Positions 48,711-61,410 are shown, counted from the stretch's first letter. The stretch: 64,000 nucleotides of DNA from Chiloscyllium plagiosum (GCF_004010195.1 NC_057753.1:4243779-4307778), one strand, 5' to 3'. Program-made: numbers and translations. The notes: generated by a model not told the origin, from the sequence alone.

Positions 48711-49762
48711 TGAGGAAGATCGCAGGAGAATTTGCAATTGCAGGCAGATCTCAAATGTGTTGTGTTCCCCATGAAAATCTATGAAGTCTATCTAGAATGT
48801 CTCACAACATGTAAAAACAAACGTCAAATAGCCAACACTTTGAAGTAATAAATCTTTTTTATAGTTACATGATGGTGAATTCCAGTGAGCCTGTTGTACA
48901 ACGCCCATTCTTTTTCCCATCCCTCTATTGTTTTTAGTGTGATTTCTCAAATAGATTCTGTCAGGAAGCGAAAACTTGGTAGTATGCCGCAGGGCAGTAA
49001 TACACTTGTTGTTGATGACCTGTAAGTAAGTCTCCAGTTTTGGTTCCCAAAACTGACTATAAGTCCTATTTCCCCAAGTAATTTCTCCGAAATTCAATTG
49101 CTCCAAAGCCTCTGGTAAATATCACATTCAAGAAATTGAAAGAGAGATTTGGTTCATTGCTGTGAAGTTCATTATCATTTGTTGCAATTTACATTTGAAC
49201 ACTTCTATTAAAACCAGTGTATAATCCTTCTTAACAGTAGAGATGTTCTCCTAATTGTGGATGGAAAGGGGAGGGAGGAAATTAATGTATTATTGGATTG
49301 TATGTTTCCTCCACAACTTCCTCAGGTCGTTGATATTTGGTGCTGTACAGTGGTTCTGGGACGGATTTATTCAACATGTGATATTTTGATATGAAAGAGT
49401 GTCTTATCACTCCAAAGCGGATCATAGCACTGAACATTAAATCAACACCCAGGATGGGTACAAATTTCTATATTTTCGTTACTCATTGGTGTGAATGACT
49501 CATGAGATTGGATTGGTCATTATCCTCATGGAGCTAAATTCTCTGGGCTGGTGTGTTTGCGTCAGAATTGAGTCGGTATGCAGAGGTAAGGTAGAAATTA
49601 AACGAGAACAGCTTATAGAGATGACTTTGTGGATAATTAAAACTATTGTTAACGTCAAAATGTGCTAATGTGGTCAACTTGTGCATTGAAGGTCAACCAT
49701 GAGATGGATAGGAAAATTAAATGTGGGATATAATATTGAATTACATGGGATGTAATACAAAA

Positions 49763-50694
49763 TTACAATTTGATGTTACCTTTGCATCGTTCAAATATTT
49801 TGACAATTAAACTGCACGGGTAGATAAATCCATTCTTTAATTCCCTTCTGAATTTACTCTGAGTTCCTGCATAAATAAATGGGTTCATGCAGGAGCTCAA
49901 AAGCTGAAGCATGATTCCAATTTCCTCCAGACTAAAGGATGCCTCACTAACGTCAGAACCCGAGTAATAAGAAACGTTTGCAATTCGTACGTAAACTATG
50001 GTCATGAAGTATGACGAGTACAACAGGATGAAGCTGCCAGAGACGGCAAAGAGTAAAATAATAGACTTTCTCCGCTTCTCCATCTCTGGGTCAGCCGATT
50101 TCTCTCCATTATTTGGGGCCCTGAGTCTCCTGCGGGCTCTGTTGGCGGTCAGAATGTGCCTGATTGTCAGAACATTGAGCAGTAAAATCGAAATGAATGG
50201 AAAACAAGGAGTCAAAATTACATGAAACCAGTCGTATATGACCCATACAAGTGATGTGTAGTATGTCAATTTAAATTCACACAACCAGGCAACATTGTTA
50301 ATGATGTACAAAGGTTCCAATATAAAATACAAACATGAATTTCTTAGACAGCTCAATGTACAGATTGTTCCTATTATCCATGCTGCTGTTTTCTTTGTAC
50401 AGTACCGTGCTTTCAGCTTCGAGCAACAGATGGCCACAAATCGATCGAATGTAAAAGCCACTGTTAACCAGACGGAACTGTCAACAGCTGCATAGATTAC
50501 AGCAATACGAAGGCTGCATATTGGTGTGATGGACAAGTAACTGAATGGAAAATAAATTCCAGTGATCCGGTTCAATATTACAGCCGTGGTAATGAGCAAG
50601 AGGTCTGTGGCTGCCATAGAAACCAGGTAGTAAATGATACATCTGGACAGACCGCAACTGTTTCGAGACAAAATCACAATGACTGCAACATTCG
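49763..50694 (-). CDS. GPR139-like GPCR gene 2, exon 2 (exon 1 not seen)
   Basis: Acceptor TTTCTCACAG|CG AAT GTT, same phase and position as gene 1. Intact ORF with MAATDL, TPIC, FDRF, WLC, PCFPF and MNPFIY. Confidence 0.85.
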
Positions 50695-50989
50695 CTGTGA
50701 GAAATAAAAAGGAAAGATTGTGAAGAGACAGGAAAGTTCAATGTTTTTGCATGAGAGTAAGGGAGTGAATGCTGAAACAAAACAATCAATTAGCTCTAAG
50801 AAAGCAAAATAACCTTTTACAGGATCTCCCTGATGTTTTCTCCTCGAATTAAAAATTGCCCCTTTTGCGATACATTATTGTTTCTCTGTTTATAATAACC
50901 ATTGAGGCAAACCTACGATCCTTCAATGTATTTAAACTGAGCGAATACCAATAATACAACAAAAACAGGTTGAAACCATCGTTAGAACA

Positions 50990-51128
50990 TCAAACTAAAG
51001 ACCCCTCCCATCGAGGTTATAATCTCTTCCAATCCCTTCTACTGTGCAGAAGACCAAAAAGGTTAAACACGCATACCAAAATCAGCTTTTACCCCACTAT
51101 TATTAGACTTACGAGCGATGCTAACAAA
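50990..51128 (+). mobile_element. Rex1/Babar-like LINE 3' fragment
   Basis: KDPSHRGYNLFQSL..RR...SFYPTIIRL resembles the Rex1/Babar C-terminus. Confidence 0.55.
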
Positions 51129-51276
51129 GTTGTGCGGGTCAGGCCATGCTAAATTGCCCGTGGTGTTAGGTAAGGGGTAAATGTAGGGGTATGGGTGGGT
51201 TGCGCTTCGGCGGGGCGGTGTGGACTTGTTGGCCCGAAGGACCTGTTTACACACTGTAAGTAATCTAATCTAATCT
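51129..51276 (+). mobile_element. 5'-truncated HE1-type SINE
   Basis: 3' half with a (TAATC)n tail. Confidence 0.85.
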
Positions 51277-51404
51277 ACATGTGCACAATTTTGTTTGCCC
51301 TTCGATAGGAAGGATGTTGTTAAAGGTGCAGGAACGATTTAAAAGGTGTTGTTGACGCGGGCAGATTTGAATTATACGCCAAGGCTGGAGAGATTGGAAC
51401 TTTA

Positions 51405-52768
51405 ACCAGTAAGTCTCACGTCTGTCATCTACAAGGTGTTAGAAAGGATTCTGAGGGATAGGATTTATGACCATCTGGAAGAGCATGGCATGATTAAATC
51501 CAGTCAACACGGCTTTGTGAGGGGCAGGTCATGCCTCACAAACCTAATAGAGTTCTTTGAGGATGTGACTAGAAAAGTTGATGAGGGTCGAAATGTGGAT
51601 GTGGTGTATATGGACCTCAGCAAGGCATTTGATAAGGTTCCCCATGGTAGGCTCATTCAGAAGGTCAGGATGAATTGGATACAGGGGAACGTAGCTGTCT
51701 GGATACAGAATTGTCTGGCCAACAGAAGACAGCGAGTGGTAGTAGAAGGAAAATATTCTGCCTGGAAGTCTGTGGTGAGTGGTGTTCCACAGGGCTCTAT
51801 CCTTTGGCCTCTACTGTTTATAATTTTTATTAATGACTTGGATGAGGGATTTGAAGGATGGGTCAGTACGTTTGCAGATGGCACAAAGGTTGGAGGTGTC
51901 GTTGACAGTATAGAGGGCTGTTGTAGGCTGCAACAGGACATTGACAGGAGGCAGAGATGGGCTGAGAGGTGGCAGATGGAGTTCAACCTGGATAAATGCG
52001 AGGTGATGCATTTTGGAAGGTCGAATTTGAAAGCTGAGTACAGGATTAAGGATAGGATTCTTGGCAGTGTGGAGGAACAGAGGGGTCTTGGTGTGCAGGT
52101 ACATAGATTCCCTTAAAATGGCCACCCAAGTGGACAGGGTTGTTAAGAAAGCATATGGTGTTTTGGCTTTCATTAATCAGGGGGATTGAGTTTAAGAGTC
52201 GTGAGATCTTGTTGCAGCTCTATAAAACTTTGGTTGGGCCGCACTTGGAATACTGCGTCCAGTTCTGGTCGCCCTGTTATAGGAAAGATTTGGATGCTTT
52301 GGAGCGGGTTCAGAGGAGGTTTACCAGGATGCTGCCTGGACTGGAGGGCTTATCGTATGAAGAGAGGTTGACTGAGCTCGTACTTTTTCATTGGAGAAAA
52401 GGAGGAGGAGAGGGGACTTAATTGAGGAATACAAGATAATGAGAGACATAGATAGAGTGATAGAGTCAATAGCCAGAGACTATTTCCCAGGGCAGAAATG
52501 ACTAACACGAGGGGTCATAGATTTTAGCTGGTTGGAGGCAAGTATAGAGGGGAGGTCAGAGGTGGGTTCTTTACACAGAGAGTTGTGAGAGCATGGAATG
52601 CGTTGCCAGCAGCAGTTGTGGAAGCAAGGTCATTGGGGACATTTAAGAGACTGCTGGATATGCATATGATCACAGAAATTTGTGGGTACATACATGAGGA
52701 TCAGTGGTCGGCACAACATCGTGGGCTGAAGGGCCTGTTTTGTGCTGTACTGTTCTATTCTATGTTCT
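51405..52768 (+). mobile_element. 5'-truncated CR1 LINE, same subfamily as 3611-5642
   Basis: RT motifs and a 3' UTR closely matching 4285-5642. Confidence 0.93.
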
Positions 52769-53922
52769 AAACCTGGAGTGTCCGTATCTGTGGAGTGACC
52801 TTATAGATTCTTATATTATGGCGGCCTGGATAAGGTGATTAGCCAATTTTCTATATTGGGGAGTCCAAAACTAGAGGTTGAGGTGAAGGATTTAGAAAAA
52901 AAAACCCAATCGATAATGTTTACATGCAAAGCGTAGCCCGTGTATGCAAAGAGCTGCCAGAAAAAGAGTGCTGGTGGCAGGTGCAGTTACAACATTTAGA
53001 GGTATCTGGAAGGGTATATGAGAAAGAAATACTGAGACGGATATAACTATATGCGAGCAAATGGGACTAAAATAGGATGGGGTGATTGTCCCCACAGACG
53101 AGTTGGTCCAAAGGGCCTGTTAGCTTGCTGTGTGACTCCATGACTCCTCATTATTGCTCAGTGACAATGAACCCGACATACACTGGATGCTTACGCAAGA
53201 GATTTAGCCTCAGATGGCCCATTTTCAACATGAACTGTGCTGGGACCACAATGCTGAGTGAAAGGAAACAAAGGAATTAAATGCAATATCATTGGAGGAT
53301 GAGGGGGATGACAATTCTATGAACCCGACAATGACTCAGACACTTTCACAACATAATCAGAGAAGTTATTGTCAGGGCAATGCGTGCTGAGGAGACAAAA
53401 GTGTACGTGTATCGGTGTAAGCGACAGAGTGAGTGGGAGTAGGTAAAAAAAAGCTTGCTTCAGTCCCAGCAGGACTATCTTTTATGAAGGATCTTTGAGA
53501 GCATCACTACTTTCAGCCACCATCCGGCATTGGAAACTTCTGCTTTCATTATAAACTCGTAATGACCCATTAGTTGAAAGCAAGATTCAGCAATCCATTG
53601 AGATCCAACAATGATTATCAAAACATTGGAACTGTTCAAAATCAATATTGGCTTCGGGTTTCAAGGATTGAGAACAGAAACTCTGCATTACACAATTCTC
53701 CAGGCAATGCAGTTCACTAACAAAGTCGTCATGACAAATAGTTTTCTTCTTTTCTATGAAATACTCAACGTTTAAAAGCATCCATTAAGTAAATTAATTC
53801 AGAAGATTATTTCCTGTCTTTGAAATTGCTAGATCAATCAACTGACTGTTAAAAACTAATCTCATTATGAACGGCAATCACACGATAAAATCAGTCTAAT
53901 TACAATGTGCCATTCCAAATCA

Positions 53923-54422
53923 NNNNNNNNNNNNNNNNNNNNNNNNNNNNNNNNNNNNNNNNNNNNNNNNNNNNNNNNNNNNNNNNNNNNNNNNNNNNNN
54001 NNNNNNNNNNNNNNNNNNNNNNNNNNNNNNNNNNNNNNNNNNNNNNNNNNNNNNNNNNNNNNNNNNNNNNNNNNNNNNNNNNNNNNNNNNNNNNNNNNNN
54101 NNNNNNNNNNNNNNNNNNNNNNNNNNNNNNNNNNNNNNNNNNNNNNNNNNNNNNNNNNNNNNNNNNNNNNNNNNNNNNNNNNNNNNNNNNNNNNNNNNNN
54201 NNNNNNNNNNNNNNNNNNNNNNNNNNNNNNNNNNNNNNNNNNNNNNNNNNNNNNNNNNNNNNNNNNNNNNNNNNNNNNNNNNNNNNNNNNNNNNNNNNNN
54301 NNNNNNNNNNNNNNNNNNNNNNNNNNNNNNNNNNNNNNNNNNNNNNNNNNNNNNNNNNNNNNNNNNNNNNNNNNNNNNNNNNNNNNNNNNNNNNNNNNNN
54401 NNNNNNNNNNNNNNNNNNNNNN
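53923..54422. other. Assembly gap (500 N)
   Basis: Round-number N run between the two duplication arms. Confidence 0.99.
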
Positions 54423-54534
54423 GTCAGGGTGAGAACAAACTTCAAATGATCAAAAGGAGAGATAGCACTGTGTGATAACAAACATTCTGTCAAAAAAGAC
54501 GATTGTCCAATTCCTCATGAAACTGTTTTTTTTT

Positions 54535-54715
54535 AATCAATGGTTCAGTGCTTAGCATTGAAAACTCACAACATCAGAGACGTGGGTTCGAGTCACCCTC
54601 AGGCGAGTGGCTACATGGAGTTTTCACACTCTCCCCATGTCTGCACGCATTTCCTCTGCATGCTCCAGTTACAGCCCACAATCCAAGGATGTGCGGGCTA
54701 AGTAATTGGTTAGCG
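54535..54715 (+). mobile_element. Old diverged HE1-like SINE
   Basis: TGGTTCAGTG..GGGTTCGAGTC boxes and a degenerate core. Confidence 0.6.
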
Positions 54716-55039
54716 TGATGCTGGCTCAGAGGGCTAGAATTGTTGCATGGGGCTAAATGGAATGATATTTCGACGGTTTATGTAATCTGGATGTATCAAA
54801 CACCCTGCTTCCAGTTTGTACGGATTGTATAATTCAAAACAACTGCACAATTTGCTGAGATGTAGTAAACTCCCAATTTTGTAAACATTGTGAGGCGAGA
54901 GCATATTCTTATCTCAGTAATAAATTCACCATCTTTGTTTTGCTTCCAAACTTCTTCAATACTGCATTACTGTTTTTCCAATGCTACTATTCCCTGTCAT
55001 CACTTTTGGATACGTTATCTTGACTAAACTGAAGATTTT

Positions 55040-55345
55040 GATTGATTTGATTTGATTTGACTTATTGCTGTCACATGTACGTCGGTAGTGAAACGTTTTG
55101 TCCTGTGTACAGCTCAGTCCAATCATACTGCTAAGGGCATTAGGGAAGCACAACAGAATGAGGAATGCCATGGTATGGTTGCAGTGAAGGTGCACAACCA
55201 GCAAGTTCAACATTAAATTTAATATTTGTTAGCACCGCTCGTAAGTCTAATAATAGTGGGGTAAAAGCTGCTTTTGGTATGCGTGTTTAACCTTTTTGGT
55301 CCAAAGGGATTGGAAGAGATTATAACCTCGATGGGAGGGGTCTTT
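55040..55345 (-). mobile_element. Rex1/Babar-like LINE 3' end with a (TCAAA)n tail
   Basis: Paralogous to 50990-51128 but continues through the 3' UTR to (GATTT)n at about 55040-55060. Confidence 0.55.
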
Positions 55346-55646
55346 AGTTTGATGTTCTAACGATGGTTCAACCTGTTTTTGATGTATTATTGGTATTCGC
55401 TCAGTTTAAATACATTGAAGGATCGTAGATTTGCATCAATGGTTATTATAAACAGAGAAACAATAATGTATCGCAAAAGGGGCAATTTTTAACTCGAGGA
55501 GAAAACATCAGGGAGATCCTGTAAAAGGTTATTTTGCTTTCTTAGAGCTAACTGATTGTTTTGTTTCAGCATTCACTCCCTTACTCTCATGCAAAAACAT
55601 TGAACTTTCCTGTCTCTTCACAATCTTTTCTTTTTATTTCTTATAG

Positions 55647-56810
55647 CGAATGTAGCAGTCATTGTGATTTTGTCTCGAAACAGTTGCGGTCTGTCCAGAT
55701 GTATCATTTACTACCTGGTTTCTATGGCAGTCACAGATCTCTTGCTCATTACCATGGCTGTAATATTGAACCGGATCACTGGAATTTATTTTCCATTCAG
55801 TTACTTGTCCATCACACCAATATGCAGCCTTCGTATTGCTGTAATCTATGCAGCTGTTGACAGTTCCGTCTGGTTAACAGTGGCTTTTACATTCGATCGA
55901 TTTGTGGCCATCTGTTGCTCGAAGCTGAAAGCACGGTACTGTACAAAGAAAACAGCAGCATGGATAATAGGAACAATCTGTACATTGAGCTGTCTAAGAA
56001 ATTCATGTTTGTATTTTATATTGGAACCTTTGTACATCATTAACAATGTTGCCTGGTTGTGTGAATTTAAATTGACATACTACACATCACTTGTATGGGT
56101 CATATACGACTGGTTTCATGTAATTTTGACTCCTTGTTTTCCATTCATTTCGATTTTACTGCTCAATGTTCTGACAATCAGGCACATTCTGACCGCCAAC
56201 AGAGCCCGCAGGAGACTCAGGGCCCCAAATAATGGAGAGAAATCGGCTGACCCAGAGATGGAGAAGCGGAGAAAGTCTATTATTTTACTCTTTGCCGTCT
56301 CTGGCAGCTTCATCCTGTTGTACTCGTCATACTTCATGACCATAGTTTACGTACGAATTGCAAACGTTTCTTATTACTCGGGTTCTGACGTTAGTGAGGC
56401 ATCTTTTAGTCTGGAGGAAATTGGAATCATGCNNNNNNNNNNNNNNNNNNNNNNNNNNNNNNNNNNNNNNNNNNNNNNNNNNNNNNNNNNNNNNNNNNNN
56501 NNNNNNNNNNNNNNNNNNNNNNNNNNNNNNNNNNNNNNNNNNNNNNNNNNNNNNNNNNNNNNNNNNNNNNNNNNNNNNNNNNNNNNNNNNNNNNNNNNNN
56601 NNNNNNNNNNNNNNNNNNNNNNNNNNNNNNNNNNNNNNNNNNNNNNNNNNNNNNNNNNNNNNNNNNNNNNNNNNNNNNNNNNNNATGAACCCATTTATTT
56701 ATGCAGGAACTCAGAGTAAATTCAGAAGGGAATTAAAGAATGGATTTATCTACCCGTGCAGTTTAATTGTCAAAATATTTGAACGATGCAAAGGTAACAT
56801 CAAATTGTAA
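55647..56810 (+). CDS. GPR139-like GPCR gene 3, exon 2 (gap 56433-56684; exon 1 not seen)
   Basis: Acceptor TTCTTATAG ends at 55646. The visible protein differs from gene 2 at two residues (A/V and T/M in TM2). Confidence 0.75.
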
Positions 56811-58191
56811 TTTTGTATTACATCCCATGTAATTCAATATTATATCCCACATTTAATTTTCCTATCCATCTCATGGTTGACCTTCAATGCACAAGTTGAC
56901 CACATTAGCACATTTTGACGTTAACAATAGTTTTAATTATCCACAAAGTCATCTCTATAAGCTGTTCTCGTTTAATTTCTACCTTACCTCTGCATACCGA
57001 CTCAATTCTGACGCAAACCCACCAGCCCAGAGAATTTAGCTCCATGAGGATAATGAACAATCCAATCTATGAGTAATTCATAACAATGAGTAACGAAAAT
57101 ATAGAAATTTGTACCCATCCTGGGTGTTGATTTAATGTTCAGTGCTATGATCCGTTTTGGAATGATAAGACACTCTTTCATAACAAAATGTCACATGTTA
57201 TATAAATCCGTCCCAGAACCACTGTACAGCACCAAATATCAATGACCTGAGGAAGTTGTGGAGGAAAATACAATCCAATAATACGTTAATTTCCTCCCTC
57301 CCCTTTCCATCCACAATTAGGAAAACATCTCTACTGTTAAGAAGGATTATACACTGGTTTTAATAGAAGTGTTCAAATGTAAATTGCAACAAATGATAAT
57401 GAACTTCACAGCAATGAACCAAATCTCTCTTTCAATTTCTTGAATGTGATATTTACCAGAGGCTTTGGAGTAATTGAATTTCGGAGAAATTACTTGAGGA
57501 AATAGAACTTATAGTCAGGTATGGGAACCAAAACTGGAGACTTACTTACAGGTCAACAACGACAGCAGTGTATTACTGCCCTGCGGCATACTACCAAGTT
57601 TTCACTTCCTGACAGAATCTATTTGAGAAATCACACTAAAAACAATAGAGGGATGGGAAAAAAATGGGCGTTGTACAACAGGCTCACTGGAATTCACCAT
57701 CATGTAACTATAAAAAAGGTTTATTACTTCAAAGTGTTGGCTATTTGACGTTTTTTTTTTACATGTTGTGAGACATTCTAGATGGACTTCATAGATTCTC
57801 ATGGGGAACACAACACATTTGAAATCTGCCTGCAATTGCAAATTCTCTTGCGATCTTCCTCACTGTAGAAGGCAGACAGTAGTGGTCGAAAGTTGTTTGT
57901 TTCAGACTGGAGATCCATGATTACTGGCGTTCCACAGGGATCCCTAATGGGACCTCTGCTGTTCTCAATATATAAAAATTACTTGGATCAAAATGTAGAT
58001 GGGTGAGTTAGTAATTTTGCAGATGGTACAAAGATGAGTGGAGTTGTGAATCATGTAGAATGTCACCAAAGGATACAGCGGGATATAGATCAGTTTACTC
58101 TAGGTCAAGTCTGCATAAGGAGGGAAGAAGTCTTGTGCATTCGAAAAGGCGTTAACGTGAACATATTTCCAAGTCCAGACGGGATCTGATT

Positions 58192-58506
58192 ACATTAGAT
58201 TTCCTACAGTGTGGAAACAGGCCTTTTGGCCCAACAAGTCCACACCTACCCGCCAAAGCGCAACCCACCCAGACCCATTCCCCTACATTTACCCCTTCAC
58301 CTAACACTACGAGCAATTTAGCGTGGCCAATTCACCTAACCTGCACATCTTTGGATTGTGGGAGGAAACTGGAGCACCCTGAGGAAACCCACGCAGACAC
58401 AGGGAGAATGTGCAAACTAACACAGACAGTCACCTGAGGCAGGAATTGAACCCTGGTCTCTGGCGCTGTGAAGCAGCAACGCTAACCACTGTGCCACCAT
58501 GTCGCC
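58192..58506 (-). mobile_element. HE1-type SINE
   Basis: Reverse-complement copy inside the right arm. Confidence 0.88.
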
Positions 58507-58527
58507 CATAATCTATCCCAGGTTACC

Positions 58528-60307
58528 GAGGGAAGCGAGAGAGAAAATAGCTGGGGCCTTAATAGATATTTTTCCAACATCCTTGAACACGGGTGAGGTC
58601 CTGGAGGACTGGGAAATTGCTGAAATTGTCCCCTTGTTTAAGGAGGGTACCAGGGATAATCCAGGCAAGTATCGACTGGTGAACCTGACGTGAAGCTGCT
58701 GTAGAAGATATTTAGGGATAGAATCTATTCCCATTTGATAGAAAATGGGCTTATCAGTGATAGGCAGCATGGTTTTGTGCAGGGAAGGTCAAGTCTTATC
58801 TACTTGATAGAATTCTTTGAGGAAGTGACCAAGTTAATTGATGAGTAGATGTCATATACATGGATTTGTAAGGCGTTTGATCAGGTTCCCCATGGTAGGC
58901 TGGTGGAGAATGTGAAGTCACATTTGGTCCATGGTGTACGAGCTAGATGGGTAGTGAACTGGCTGGGCAGCAAGAGACAGAGAGTAGTAAAGTGAGTTTC
59001 TCAAAATGGAGAACTATGACTTGTGGTGTTCCACAGTGATCCGTGTTAGGACCACTGTTGATTGTGAAATATATAAATGACCTGGTGGAAGGCACGGGTC
59101 TTAGCGAGGTTTGAGAAGATTTGTACATGTGGTCTGATTAGCATGTTTGCAGATGACACTAGGATTGGTGGAGTAACAGGTAGTGAAGGGGACTGTCAGA
59201 GACTGCAGCAGAATATAGATAGATTGGAGAGTTGGGCAGAGAGATGGCCAACAGTGTTCAATCCGCGCAAAAGCAAAGTGATGTATTTTGGAAGATGCAA
59301 TTCAAGAGCAAACTGTACAGTAAATGCAAAATCCATAATCAAATTATTCCTTTCTAGATGATTATCAATTTTATCCCTTATAATCCTTTCCAACACTTTA
59401 CCCACAACCGATGAGGGAAGCGAGAGAGGAAATTGCTGGGGCCTTAACCGATATGTTTCCAACATCCTTGAACACGGGTGGGGTCCTGGAGGATTAGAAA
59501 ATTGCAGATCTTGTCCCCTTGTTTAAGGAGGGTACCAGGGATAATCCAGGCAAGTATCGACTGGTGAACCTGACGTGAAGCTGCTGTAGAAGATACTTAG
59601 GGATAGAATCTATTCCCATTTGATAGAAAATGGGCTTATCAGTGATAGGCAGCATGGTTTTGTGCAGGGAAGGTCAAGTCTTACCTACTTGATAGAATTC
59701 TTTGAGGAAGTGACCAAGTTAATTGATGAGTGAAGGGCTGTAGATGTCATATACATAGATTCTGTAAGGCGTTTGATCAGGTACCCCATGGTAGGCTAAT
59801 GGAGAATGTGAAGTCACATTTGGTCCATGGTGTACGAGCTAGATGGGTAGTGAACTGGCTGGGCAGCAAGAGACAGTGAGTAGTAAAGTGAGTTTCTCAA
59901 AATGGAGAACTATTACTTGTGGTGTTCCACAGTGATCCGTGTTAGGACTGCTGTTGATTGTGAAATATATAAATGACCTGGTGGAAGGCACGGGTCTTAG
60001 CGAGGTTTGAGAAGATTTGTACATGTGGTCTGATTAGCATGTTTGCAGATGACACTAGGATTGGTGGAGTAACAGGTAGTGAAGGGGACTGTCAGAGACT
60101 GCAGCAGAATATAGATAGATTGGAGAGTTGGGCAGAGAGATGGCCAACAGTGTTCAATCCGAGCTAAAACAAAGTGATGTATTTTGGAAGATGCAATTCA
60201 AGAGTAAACTGTCCAGTAAATGCAAAATCCATAATCAAATTATTCCTTTCTAGATGATTATCAATTTTATCCCTTATAATCCTTTCCAACACTTTACCCA
60301 CAACCGA
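58528..60307 (+). repeat. Tandem duplication of about 885 bp (CR1 RT fragment plus inversion junction)
   Basis: Units 58528-59412 and 59413-60307 both end ...ACTTTACCCACAACCGA. Confidence 0.9.
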
Positions 60308-61410
60308 AGTCAGGCTCACTGGTCTATAATTAGCAGAGTTGCCTGTATTCCCCTTCTTGAACAGTGGGACAACATTTGCTGTCCTCCAGTCTTCTGGCAC
60401 TATTCCTGTAGACAATGGCGACATAAAGATCATAGCCAAAGGCTCTGAAATCTCCTCCCTGGTTTGCCAGAGAATCCTAGGATAAATCCCATCTAGCCCA
60501 GGGGACTTCTGTATTTTCATACTTTCCAGAATTGCTAACACCTCCTTGTGAACCGCAATCTCATCTCGCCTCATTTGCTGTATCTCAGTATTCTTCTTGA
60601 GAACATTGCATTTTTCCTGTGTGAATACTGACAAAAAAAAATCATTTATCGCCTCTCCTATCACCTTGGACTCCAAGCACAACTTTCCACTACTGTCCTT
60701 TTTTTACTCTGGTCATTCTTTTATTCCTGACTTAACTGTAAAATGCTTTAGGGATTCAGTTGATCCTACCTGCCAATGACTTCACATGTCCCCTCCTGAC
60801 TCGTCTTAGCTCTCTCTTTAGGTATTTTCTGGCTAACTTGTAACACTCAAGCGCCATAAATGAGACTGCACGTATCATCCTTACAGAAACCTTCTTCTTC
60901 CTCTTTACAGGAAATTCAACTTATTTAGTAAGCCACAGCTCCCTTGCTCGACCATTTCCTCCTTGTCTGACTGGTACATACTTATCAAGGACACGCAGTA
61001 GCTATTCCTTGAATGAACCGCACATTTCAATTGTGCCCGCCCCTGCGGTTTCCTTCTCCATCCTTCACATCCTATGTCTTGCCTCATTGCATCATAATTG
61101 CCTTTACCCCAGCTATAGCTCTTGACCTGCAGTCTATACCTATCCCTTTCAATCTCTACGATAAGCAAATTGTCGTCACTATCACCAAAGTGCTCACCTA
61201 CCTCCAAATCTGAAACCTGACCTTGTTCATTACCCTGTACCAAATCCAATGTGGCCTCACCCCTTGTTGGCCTGTCTACACACTGTATCAGGAAAAATCC
61301 TGCACACAGTAGACAAAACTGACCCATCTAAAGTACTTGAATAATAGTATTTCCAGTCAATATTTCGAATGCTAAAGTCCCCCATAGCAAATACCCTGTT
61401 ACTCTCATCT
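60229..61410 (-). mobile_element. CR1 ORF2 fragment (APE to start of RT)
   Basis: VDRPTRGEATLDLV, KSPGLDGIYPRIL and NYRPVSLTS on the minus strand. Confidence 0.88.

Larger units (their letters stand above)
47256..51128 (-). repeat. Left arm of an inverted segmental duplication
   Basis: Reverse complement of 55225-59331 over GPCR exon 2, 3' flank, SINE and CR1. Confidence 0.92.
55225..59331 (+). repeat. Right arm of the inverted segmental duplication
   Basis: Reverse complement of 47256-51128. Includes a 252-N gap. Confidence 0.92.

Noticed and set aside
51405..52768. Shared ancestral CR1 insertion in the introns of GPCR genes 1 and 2
   Set aside because: Same subfamily but opposite orientation relative to the gene, different truncation point and different flanks; independent insertions.
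53900..54493. ORFs spanning the second gap
   Set aside because: Made almost entirely of Ns.
54985..55020. TACTATTCCCTG (YYSL) as exon 1 of gene 3
   Set aside because: No GxP motif and no good donor in phase; it does not resemble exon 1 of gene 1.
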